Shown one piece after another: positions 27,870-36,223 of a stretch of DNA of 64,000 nt. Under the pieces are notes generated by a model. The model was given only the letters and a program-made list of their open reading frames with translations, did not search any database and was not told where the DNA came from. A program made the translations under genes and the position numbers. The stretch spans positions 640,001 to 704,000 of the forward strand of contig CAXXVS010000001.1 in assembly GCA_963674755.2 (NCBI GenBank), written 5' to 3'. The DNA comes from Desulfobacterales bacterium (lineage in GTDB: Bacteria > Desulfobacterota > Desulfobacteria > Desulfobacterales > UBA5852). How positions within the stretch are numbered: the first letter of the stretch is position 1; the number at the start of each line of letters is the position of its first letter.

Positions 27870-29180
27870 ATGGACATTCCATCTACTACGGAGGTCTTGA
27901 AGAAGATTAGGGGTAAATCCATCGCCCGAGGATACGCCAGCGGCACGGCCACCTATGTGGATCATGCCCGGGGCGCGATGCTTTACGACATCGAGGGGCG
28001 TGAATACATCGACTTCGCCGGCGGCATCGCCGTGATGAATGTGGGCCACTCCCACCCCAAAGTCGTTGCGGCGATCCAGGATCAGGCGGCCAAATTTACG
28101 CATACCTGTTTCATGGTGCTGCCCTATGCCCCGGCCGTCGATCTGGCCGAGCGTCTCTGCGGGCTGGTCCCGGGGGACTTCGACAAAGCCGCCATGTTTA
28201 TCAACAGCGGCGCCGAAGCCGTGGAGAACGCCGTCAAGATCGCCCGCTACGCGACCAAACGCCAAGGCATCATCTGCTTCGACAACGCCTTTCACGGCCG
28301 GACGCTCATGGGCATGAGCCTCACCAGCAAGGTCAAACCCTACAAATTCGGTTTCGGCCCCTTTGCGCCTGAAATCTATCGCATGCCTTACGCCTACTGC
28401 TACCGCTGTCCCTTCGGGTTGCACTATCCGGACTGCCAGACGGCCTGTGCGGACCACCTGGAGTCGTTTCTGGTCTCTCATGTGGCCCCCGAGAACACGG
28501 CCGCCCTCATAGCCGAGCCGATTCAGGGGGAGGGCGGCTTTATCACCCCGCCGCCGGAATACTTCCCCAAACTGAAGCGCATCTGCGAGAAGCATGGCAT
28601 CCTGTTTGTCGCCGATGAGATCCAGACCGGCATCGGGCGCACCGGCAAGATGTTCGCCATGGAGCACTGGGGGGTGGCCGCGGACATGACCACGGTGGCC
28701 AAAAGCCTGGCTGCGGGGATGCCGTTGAGCGCGGTGGTGGGCCGCAAAGACATCATGGACAGCGTGCATCCCTCCGGCGTCGGTGGGACGTACGGGGGCA
28801 ATCCCCTGTCCTGCCGGGCGGCCCTGGCCGTGCTGGAGATCTTCGAAAGCGAAGATCTTCTGGCCAAAGGCCGTCTGCTGGGGGAGAAATTGCGGCAGCG
28901 ATTTGATGAGTTTCAGAAGCGATTCGAAATCATCGGCGAGGTGCGCGGCATTGGGCCCATGCTGGCCCTCGAATTGGTGGAAGACCGGGAGGCCAAGACA
29001 CCTGCCGGGGATGCAGCCAAGAAACTAGTGGCCTATTGCCATGAGCGGGGATTGATTATTCTTTCCTGCGGTCCCTATGGCAATGTGATTCGTTTTTTAA
29101 TGCCTTTGGTTATTACCGACGAACAACTTGAATGTGGTTTATCTATTATAGAAGACGGCTTTGAGTCCCTGAATGTTTGA
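27870..29180 (+). CDS. gabT: 4-aminobutyrate/5-aminovalerate aminotransferase (class III PLP)
   Basis: DFAGGIAVMNVGHSHP, NSGAEAVENA, FHGRT, EPIQGEGGF, DEIQTG, AKS, GGTYGGNP. Confidence 0.92.
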   Translation: MDIPSTTEVLKKIRGKSIARGYASGTATYVDHARGAMLYDIEGREYIDFAGGIAVMNVGHSHPKVVAAIQDQAAKFTHTCFMVLPYAPAVDLAERLCGLVPGDFDKAAMFINSGAEAVENAVKIARYATKRQGIICFDNAFHGRTLMGMSLTSKVKPYKFGFGPFAPEIYRMPYAYCYRCPFGLHYPDCQTACADHLESFLVSHVAPENTAALIAEPIQGEGGFITPPPEYFPKLKRICEKHGILFVADEIQTGIGRTGKMFAMEHWGVAADMTTVAKSLAAGMPLSAVVGRKDIMDSVHPSGVGGTYGGNPLSCRAALAVLEIFESEDLLAKGRLLGEKLRQRFDEFQKRFEIIGEVRGIGPMLALELVEDREAKTPAGDAAKKLVAYCHERGLIILSCGPYGNVIRFLMPLVITDEQLECGLSIIEDGFESLNV

Positions 29181-29520
29181 GATGACACGAATAAATAATA
29201 TTAAGGCCTGTTCGCAAGCCGATATCAAATACGAAATGGATCCGGATTGGTGCTATGTCGTAATCAGGGCTGCTACGAAATGGGAAATTAATATTGTTTT
29301 AAACACTGTTTCAAATCTTTCTACTGAATACGGCAGCCAGATCTGCATTAAAAAATTTTGCAGTGATAGCGTCTCTGGAGAATTAAAGGTGCTGATTCAG
29401 ATCGCTCCGAAACTTGCCGAAATCGCAAAGCATCAATTTCTTAACCAGAGTTTATTGCATTCGATTAGCGTAATTTTTTACGATCGCTTTCTATTCCAAA
29501 GGAGTAAAAAATGTCTATAG
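29173..29520 (+). CDS. Hypothetical protein (115 aa)
   Basis: Fills the gap exactly, overlapping the gabT stop and the ADH start. Confidence 0.55.
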   Translation: MFEMTRINNIKACSQADIKYEMDPDWCYVVIRAATKWEINIVLNTVSNLSTEYGSQICIKKFCSDSVSGELKVLIQIAPKLAEIAKHQFLNQSLLHSISVIFYDRFLFQRSKKCL

Positions 29521-30674
29521 CGAGCTTTGCTTTTGATTCCCCAACTCGAATTCTTTATGGTTCAGGAATGCTAACAAATCTCAATGATGAGATCGGAGGC
29601 TTTAGCGCAAAAAGAGTATTAATCGTAACAGATAAAGGAATCGCTCAATGTGGTCTTCTTGAAAAGGTTGAGAAAATATTAAAGGCTAAAAGCATTAGCT
29701 ATATAGTTTTTGATGATGTTGAACCCAACCCTAAAGATATAACGGTTGAAAAAGGCGCTAAAATTGCAGAACAGGAAAATATAGATCTTATAATTGGTTT
29801 GGGCGGCGGCAGTTCAATGGATTGTGCAAAAGGTATCGGACTGCTTGTAACGAATGGGGGCAAGATCGCCGACTATTGGGGGATCGATACTGTCGCCAAA
29901 CCTGCTTTGCCGCTAATTACCATCCCAACGACTGCAGGAACTGGAAGCGAAGTGACTTTCTGGGCCGTTATCGATGATACAACGAAAACGCCACCGGTTA
30001 AAGAAAGTGTCGGAAGCCGCCTGATATGCCCGAGTTTGGCAATCGTTGATCCGGAGTTGACATTCGGTCTTCCGCCTGCCCTAACGGCATCAACAGGGAT
30101 GGATGCTCTCACGCATGCTATAGAAGCGTATACATCTACCCTTGCCAATCCATTTTCGGATGCACTCTCCTTATATAGTATCAAGTTAATCGCTGAAAAT
30201 CTCCGCAAGGCTTATGCTAATGGCCAAAATAAAGCCGCCAGAAATCATATGATGATCGGCAGTTTAATGGCGGGAGTTGCTTTTTTTAATTCCGATATTG
30301 CCGGTGTTCATTGCATGGCAGAGGCTATCGGTGGCCTCTATGACACGCCACATGGAATTTCCTGTGCCATTTTTCTTCCCTATGTAATGGAATACAGCTT
30401 GATTGGAAATATGGAGAAATATGCCGAAATCGCCCGCGCGATGGGTGAAGATACATCCGGCTTAACGACTAGAGATTCAGCATTGAAGGCCGTTGAAGCC
30501 GTGAAAAAGCTTATGGTGGATATCGATACGCCTTCGCCTTTAGAAATCGGCATAAAACCTCATGATATCCAACAACTCTCTCAGATATCGGTCAAGAATG
30601 TTTCGGCGGCAAGTAATCCTCGGCAGTTATCAGTGAAAGATTTTGAAACGATTTTCAACAACTCAATGGCATAA
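29511..30674 (+). CDS. Iron-containing alcohol dehydrogenase
   Basis: GGGSSMD, PTTAGTGSE, GMDALTHAIE, H...HG metal ligands. Confidence 0.95.
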   Translation: MSIASFAFDSPTRILYGSGMLTNLNDEIGGFSAKRVLIVTDKGIAQCGLLEKVEKILKAKSISYIVFDDVEPNPKDITVEKGAKIAEQENIDLIIGLGGGSSMDCAKGIGLLVTNGGKIADYWGIDTVAKPALPLITIPTTAGTGSEVTFWAVIDDTTKTPPVKESVGSRLICPSLAIVDPELTFGLPPALTASTGMDALTHAIEAYTSTLANPFSDALSLYSIKLIAENLRKAYANGQNKAARNHMMIGSLMAGVAFFNSDIAGVHCMAEAIGGLYDTPHGISCAIFLPYVMEYSLIGNMEKYAEIARAMGEDTSGLTTRDSALKAVEAVKKLMVDIDTPSPLEIGIKPHDIQQLSQISVKNVSAASNPRQLSVKDFETIFNNSMA

Positions 30675-30686
30675 GGAGGGGCAGAG

Positions 30687-32045
30687 ATGGAAGCAGAAGT
30701 GGTTATGCAGAAGCCTGTCATCGCAGAATCCAGTGTCGGTTTAAAAGCAAACGCGATCAATTCGGTCTGGTTTACAACTATCTACGGCTGTTCGCTCATT
30801 TCACCTGGAATGTGCATTGGAGGAATTATCGGCTATGTGGCCGGGATGACAGGCTACACGTTAGTTTTAGCAATGCTTCTTGCGGGTATCGCCAACTATC
30901 TCTGGGTTGTGAATTATGCGAATCTTGTGCAAAAATTTCCGAAATGCGGGTGCCACTATACCTATGTTCGCGAAGGCTTAAATCCGGCTTTAGGCTTTTT
31001 TCTGGGATGGGGCGTCCTTCCCGTCTACATTTTTGCATGCGGCGCACATGTCATCGTTTTTGGCGGATATTTGCAATCTTTATTTCCCAGCATCCCCTTT
31101 CCTATTATAGCCATTCTTTACATGGTGATGATTACAGCAATCTCAATACGGGGTATCAAATTTACGACCTTAATTGGGGTTGTTTTGTTTTCAACTGAAA
31201 CCTTGATTGTTTTAGCGCTCAGCCTCACGGCTATTGGTGTAACTTGGCCAACTTGGTCTGAAGTCGCACCCCAGATGTTCCTGCCGCAGGCACCGTGGAC
31301 GTGGGGTACGGTCGCGATTGCAACTTCGGTATGTGTTTATAACTACATCGGATTCGCATCGATTACTGGCCTTGTTGAAGAATCAGATCCAAAACTGGTT
31401 AGCAAAGGTATGTATATTTCCGTGGCGATCGTCACAGCTATATACGTAATCGCGAGTATGGGGATTATTCTTGCTTGGCCGGACGCCGCGTCACTTGCAA
31501 ATGAAACGGAACCTTTGGTCAATGCTGGAAAAGTATTTTGGGATAAGTATTGGCCATTTGTTACGCTTGCTGTCTTGATCTCCACCACCACCTGCTCTCT
31601 GGCTTGTATCAACTTAGGAGCCAGAATGATTTATGACATGTCAAGAGACCAATGTCTGCCTTCATGGCTCGGCAAAATTCATTCAAAATATCAAACGCCA
31701 TGGTCCGCACTCGTTTTTTCAGCTGTCTTCTATGTGATCGCAGCCTTGTTTATCCCCTATATCTATCAAATTGAAGGCATTGTTTTTGTAATGCTTCTCG
31801 CTTATATCGGCGTAGCGTTTGCTAATATCCGAGTTAGCTGGAACGACAAAAGTCCCGTCAATACTACGCTAAATAAAATAATGCCGTCCCTGGGAATAGC
31901 TTTGGCAGTCTATTTGCTTCTTCAGACATCCAAAATGGGCTTTATGCTTGGAGGCGGTTGGATGGTATTTAGCGCTCTTTTCACTTTATACCTCTATATT
32001 TTCAAGCGAAACTCATTGGAAAATCTTGATCTTTCAGAAATGTAG
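30687..32045 (+). CDS. APC-family amino acid/polyamine permease
   Basis: About 12 TM, YTYVREGL, YIGF...EE, ARMIYDMSRD..LP...HSKYQTP. Confidence 0.9.
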   Translation: MEAEVVMQKPVIAESSVGLKANAINSVWFTTIYGCSLISPGMCIGGIIGYVAGMTGYTLVLAMLLAGIANYLWVVNYANLVQKFPKCGCHYTYVREGLNPALGFFLGWGVLPVYIFACGAHVIVFGGYLQSLFPSIPFPIIAILYMVMITAISIRGIKFTTLIGVVLFSTETLIVLALSLTAIGVTWPTWSEVAPQMFLPQAPWTWGTVAIATSVCVYNYIGFASITGLVEESDPKLVSKGMYISVAIVTAIYVIASMGIILAWPDAASLANETEPLVNAGKVFWDKYWPFVTLAVLISTTTCSLACINLGARMIYDMSRDQCLPSWLGKIHSKYQTPWSALVFSAVFYVIAALFIPYIYQIEGIVFVMLLAYIGVAFANIRVSWNDKSPVNTTLNKIMPSLGIALAVYLLLQTSKMGFMLGGGWMVFSALFTLYLYIFKRNSLENLDLSEM

Positions 32046-32091
32046 GTTCACACTAATATTCTGCAAACCAAATTTGATCTAAAATAGCGGG

Positions 32092-32337
32092 TCACGCCTC
32101 GTTTGACTTGGTGTGACTCGCTATTTGCTTGGCATCGATGGCCAGGCAGTTTCTCACATCCTCTAAGGCTTTTTGAATCCTGGCGTTCTCTTCATCGATT
32201 TGCGATTCGTCGACAATATAGAGCTCGGAATCTCGTAAAAGTACATCCTTATAGATAAACGCCTGCCCTTGAGCCCTTCCTGGTGAAACGCCCTTTGCGA
32301 TCAGGTTCAACATTCTTCTTCCTGCATCGATCTTCAT
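32092..32337 (-). pseudogene. Truncated PTS enzyme I (N-terminal fragment only)
   Basis: GVSPGRAQGQAF...IDEENARIQKALE matches the PtsI/PtsP N-terminus; ends after about 80 aa. Confidence 0.65.
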
Positions 32338-32528
32338 TCGCAAAAATCCTGTTTTTTGGCTTTGTAGGGTGTGATCAGGCGATGATGTTATCGTGGCGGG
32401 TTTTCGCTTAAACAGGCAAGCAGTGCACAACGCTGCCGGCGATGTATTCAGGCCCTCAGATCAATGGTATACTTTTTAGAAGCATCGCTTTGACCAGGCC
32501 TGTGACCGGTTTCAAGCGGACAACAAAA

Positions 32529-34010
32529 TCATGATTTGACGACGCGCATGCAACTCAGCAAATCACCGACGGCGACGGTTGCAATGCCGGAATTGATATC
32601 GGACATGGCGTAGGGAATGACCAAATCGTTGTTATGAATGAGCGCACCGCAGGAATACACGACATTGGGAACATATCCCTCACGCTCTTTCTCATGGGGG
32701 GCAAGCAAGGGCTCATCCAAACGCGCAATCATTTTTGCCGGATTCTCAAGATCCAGCAAAATGGCACTGATGCAATACTTGCGCATGGGCCCGACGCCAT
32801 GGGTGAGCACGATCCAGCCTTCATTGGTTTCGAGAGGGGATCCACAGTTGCCGATCTGGATGAACTCCCAGGGATATTCAGGCTCCTGGATAATGTGCGA
32901 ATTCTGCCAAAAATGGATATTGTCCGAGAACATGATGTGATTGTTTTCGCCGTCCTGACGCGAGAGCATGACATAGCGGCCGCCAATTTTCCGTGGGAAA
33001 AGCGCCATGCCTTTGTTTTGTACGGCTTTACCGTTGAGCGTCAAAATGTTGAATTTGATAAAATCCTTGGTTTCGATGAGTTGCGGCAAGATGGTCTTGC
33101 CGTTATAGGCGGTATAGGTCGCGTAATAGGTGACCTCTTTCCGGTTATCGAAAAATTGAACGAAACGGGCGTCTTCAATGCCTCGGCTTTCGTTTTTCGA
33201 AACGGGAAAGATCACCCGCTCGGATATGCGATGCTCGGGGTGGAAAGCCACCTCATAATTGGAATTGGCAAGCCACCACATCACCTCGAAGGTTCTGTTT
33301 TGGAGCACTTTGGAAAATCGTGGTTTCGCGCGGAGCGTTCCAATTTTTTCCAATAACTGGTTATAGGTAAAATCTTCCGGCAGCTGGTTAAGAATATAGG
33401 CGCTAATCTCATTGGCGGCCCCCATCTCGTTCATTTTGAACTGGAAAGGATTGCGTTTGTATACCGCGTCCAGTTGGAGATCCGGCGTTTCAACAAAATC
33501 GCTGATCGGGTCGAAAATGAACTTGTTATTTTGATTAAGAACGCCGCTGCGAAAAACGATGGACGAAATATGGCCTTCGCCGGTGGCCCGCAGACTCATG
33601 ACAAACCGCAGGTTGCCTTTTTTCAGATGGCGCTGATCAGGATGGGGCACGATGGAGGGGTTGAAAAGGGCGGCTGATTCAATCGAGTACTCCATCGTGA
33701 AATACGCCCCGATAAGTGCTTTTTGGACATCGCTGAGTACGGTCTGCGGCGGCACATAGTCCTTCACCACATTCAGGTGGCGCTCGAAAATATGCCCGAT
33801 GTCCTCGTGCCGGCCGGAAAAGTCATCCATAATTTGGGCCATCAAATTTTCGGCCGCCATGTCCGGCATGCTGAGTACCCGCCGAATTATTTTTTTAATG
33901 CGATGCCGCTCCGCAGGAACATGCAGCCGGGTGATCACCCGTGACGTATCCCCGATGATCTTAATCGCTTTTCTTTTAACGCTCAGCTTTTTCTGTTTTT
34001 TTACCGGCAT
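32529..34010 (-). CDS. Glycoside hydrolase family 130 protein (long form)
   Basis: EYSIESAALFNPS, GIEDARF, YTAY, NKGMALFP, GYVPNVVYSCG. Confidence 0.9.
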   Translation of the reverse strand: MPVKKQKKLSVKRKAIKIIGDTSRVITRLHVPAERHRIKKIIRRVLSMPDMAAENLMAQIMDDFSGRHEDIGHIFERHLNVVKDYVPPQTVLSDVQKALIGAYFTMEYSIESAALFNPSIVPHPDQRHLKKGNLRFVMSLRATGEGHISSIVFRSGVLNQNNKFIFDPISDFVETPDLQLDAVYKRNPFQFKMNEMGAANEISAYILNQLPEDFTYNQLLEKIGTLRAKPRFSKVLQNRTFEVMWWLANSNYEVAFHPEHRISERVIFPVSKNESRGIEDARFVQFFDNRKEVTYYATYTAYNGKTILPQLIETKDFIKFNILTLNGKAVQNKGMALFPRKIGGRYVMLSRQDGENNHIMFSDNIHFWQNSHIIQEPEYPWEFIQIGNCGSPLETNEGWIVLTHGVGPMRKYCISAILLDLENPAKMIARLDEPLLAPHEKEREGYVPNVVYSCGALIHNNDLVIPYAMSDINSGIATVAVGDLLSCMRVVKS

Positions 34011-34165
34011 ATCAGGGAGGCCTTTATGATGATTGAGATGGTGTGCGCCGCATGGACGGCCGTCTTACGGAACAGACTTTCCGCACCTGATTCGAAAGAC
34101 GGTGCCGACCGCTTCGCCGAGCGACAGACGGATGTTGCCGTCCCTCTTCAGTCGGGAAGGACAAC

Positions 34166-35110
34166 CTACATCGGCGGACGGGTATCGGAAAGGCAAAGCG
34201 CCACCAGGTCATCGATGACGGCCGTTCCGACACACATGACCGTATCCGCCCCCCCCCAGTAGATTTTTACCGTACCGTCTTCTTCGGGAACCGCCCCGCA
34301 GGTAAAGACCACATTGGGCACGTAACCGCTGACCTCCCAGGGATCTTCGGGCTGCAATATCCACTGATCGGAAATGCCGATGATCTTGGCCGGATCCTCG
34401 AGGTCGTGCAGGGCTGCGCCGAGTCGATACACCGCGCCGGACATCGTCTTGAAAACGCCATGGTAGAGATGCAGCCAACCCCGGTCGGTTCTAAAGGGCG
34501 GTGCGCCAGGGCCGATTTTCATTTCATCCCAGTGATAGGCCGCCGGCTTCATGATCACGCGGGACTCTCCCCAGTGGACGAGATCCGGCGAATAGGAAAT
34601 CCAGATGGACCAGGGCGAAATTTCGGAATGCGGCCGGTCCAGGCGGGCATATCGGTCGCCGAACTTTTCAGGGAAAATGACCACGTTGCGCAGGTCAGCC
34701 TGAGTGATCAGCGCGATACGCTCAACGTCCTCAAAATCGCAGGTGCGCGCGAGCGCAATCCGTACGCCGTGACGGGAATAGGCACTATAGGTCAGCAGGT
34801 ACGCGCCTTCGACGGGGCAGATTCTGAGATCCTCGACGCCGAAGGCCTCATATTCGGCAAAAACCGTGTCCGTGGCAGGTGTCAGAAAGGGTTTCGGGTG
34901 AACCGTAAACGCATACCCATCCTCGCTGTCGGCCCGGCCGATGACCGAGCGCCCGTTTAGCAGATGCGCCCTGAAAAGCATGATATAGCGACCCTCGTGT
35001 TTGACGATGCCGGCATTGTGGACCGTCGCAACCGGATACGGCACATCGTCCCGCGTCAGGATGGGATTATTATTACACCTTTTGATGATGGGGGGATGTT
35101 GTATTTTCAT
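34166..35110 (-). CDS. Glycoside hydrolase family 130 protein (mannoside phosphorylase-like)
   Basis: NPIL, GVEDLR, IFPEK...RLDRP, KIGPG, YHGV, GYVPNVVF, YWGGAD. Confidence 0.9.
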   Translation of the reverse strand: MKIQHPPIIKRCNNNPILTRDDVPYPVATVHNAGIVKHEGRYIMLFRAHLLNGRSVIGRADSEDGYAFTVHPKPFLTPATDTVFAEYEAFGVEDLRICPVEGAYLLTYSAYSRHGVRIALARTCDFEDVERIALITQADLRNVVIFPEKFGDRYARLDRPHSEISPWSIWISYSPDLVHWGESRVIMKPAAYHWDEMKIGPGAPPFRTDRGWLHLYHGVFKTMSGAVYRLGAALHDLEDPAKIIGISDQWILQPEDPWEVSGYVPNVVFTCGAVPEEDGTVKIYWGGADTVMCVGTAVIDDLVALCLSDTRPPM

Positions 35111-36222
35111 GAAGCGCTTTCCGGTAAGTGCGTTTGGGGGGTGATGGGGGACCGGAGCCCGTCATCGGGCTCGGATCTCCCGAGACAAATCGGTGAATTT
35201 TTAGCGTCAAGTATCATTTCGTAGACCTGTATGTAGTCCTGGCTCATGCGTTCGACCGTGAAATGTTGCTCAACATGGCGGCGACAGTCGACGCGATCGA
35301 TCTCAGGAAGGCGTGCGACCGCATCGATGGCCTCGTCCACGGTATCGACTAAAAATCCATTATGACCGTTTTTGATCAGTTCGGGCATGCTGCCCCGATC
35401 AAAAGCGATCGCGGGCGTGCCGCAGGCCATGGCTTCGATCACCGAAAGACCGAAAGGTTCATCAAACTGTATGGGGTGTAGGAGCGCGCAGGCTTTGCCG
35501 AGCAGCCGATTGCGCGCCGCCGGTGCGACGCTGCCGACATAGGTGACCGTGTCGTCGTCGATGTGAGGCACGACATAGCGGTCAAAGTATGCCTGATCCT
35601 GGATAATCCCGGCCAATATCAGCTTTTTGCGGCAGGCCTTGGCGATTTCAATCGCCTGTCGAGCGCCCTTGTCATTGTGAATGCGGCCGAAAAATAGCAG
35701 GGTGTCGTCCGGCACCGGTTGAAAATCAAACTGCCGGATATCGATACCGTGATGGATGGTCTTGATATAATCAAGATCCGACGATCGATCGGCGTCGCTG
35801 ATGGAAACATAGAATGCGGTGTCGTTGTATTTCTTGTAAACCGGCAGAATCCCGGGCGATGAAAAGCCGTGAATGGTGGTCACAACCGGAGCGGTGGTCA
35901 GGCCGGTATACGTCAATGGCAGATAGTCAAAGTGGTTATGGATGATGTCATACCCATCGCCCTGCTCGAAGAGTTCCGCAATGTGCAGGCACTCCCATAC
36001 TTTCGGTATGAGGGAGCGGTCTTCTTCATACCCCCGCGGGCAAACGGCATGCAGGCTGGCGCTGGTCTGCGAATCGGCGGTTGCAAACAGGGTCACGTCA
36101 TGGCCGCGCGCGACCAACCCCTCGGTCAAAAGGGAGGTCACACTCTCCCAGGGACCATAGTGGCGGGGTGGCGTTCGCCAGGCGATGGGGGCCAGCATGG
36201 CAATATGCATCGGAGGACCCAT
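35107..36222 (-). CDS. Glycosyltransferase family 4
   Basis: PPRHYGPWE, FFGRI..DKG, EPFGLSVIEAMACGTP. Confidence 0.92.
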   Translation of the reverse strand: MGPPMHIAMLAPIAWRTPPRHYGPWESVTSLLTEGLVARGHDVTLFATADSQTSASLHAVCPRGYEEDRSLIPKVWECLHIAELFEQGDGYDIIHNHFDYLPLTYTGLTTAPVVTTIHGFSSPGILPVYKKYNDTAFYVSISDADRSSDLDYIKTIHHGIDIRQFDFQPVPDDTLLFFGRIHNDKGARQAIEIAKACRKKLILAGIIQDQAYFDRYVVPHIDDDTVTYVGSVAPAARNRLLGKACALLHPIQFDEPFGLSVIEAMACGTPAIAFDRGSMPELIKNGHNGFLVDTVDEAIDAVARLPEIDRVDCRRHVEQHFTVERMSQDYIQVYEMILDAKNSPICLGRSEPDDGLRSPITPQTHLPESAS

Positions 36223-36223
36223 T

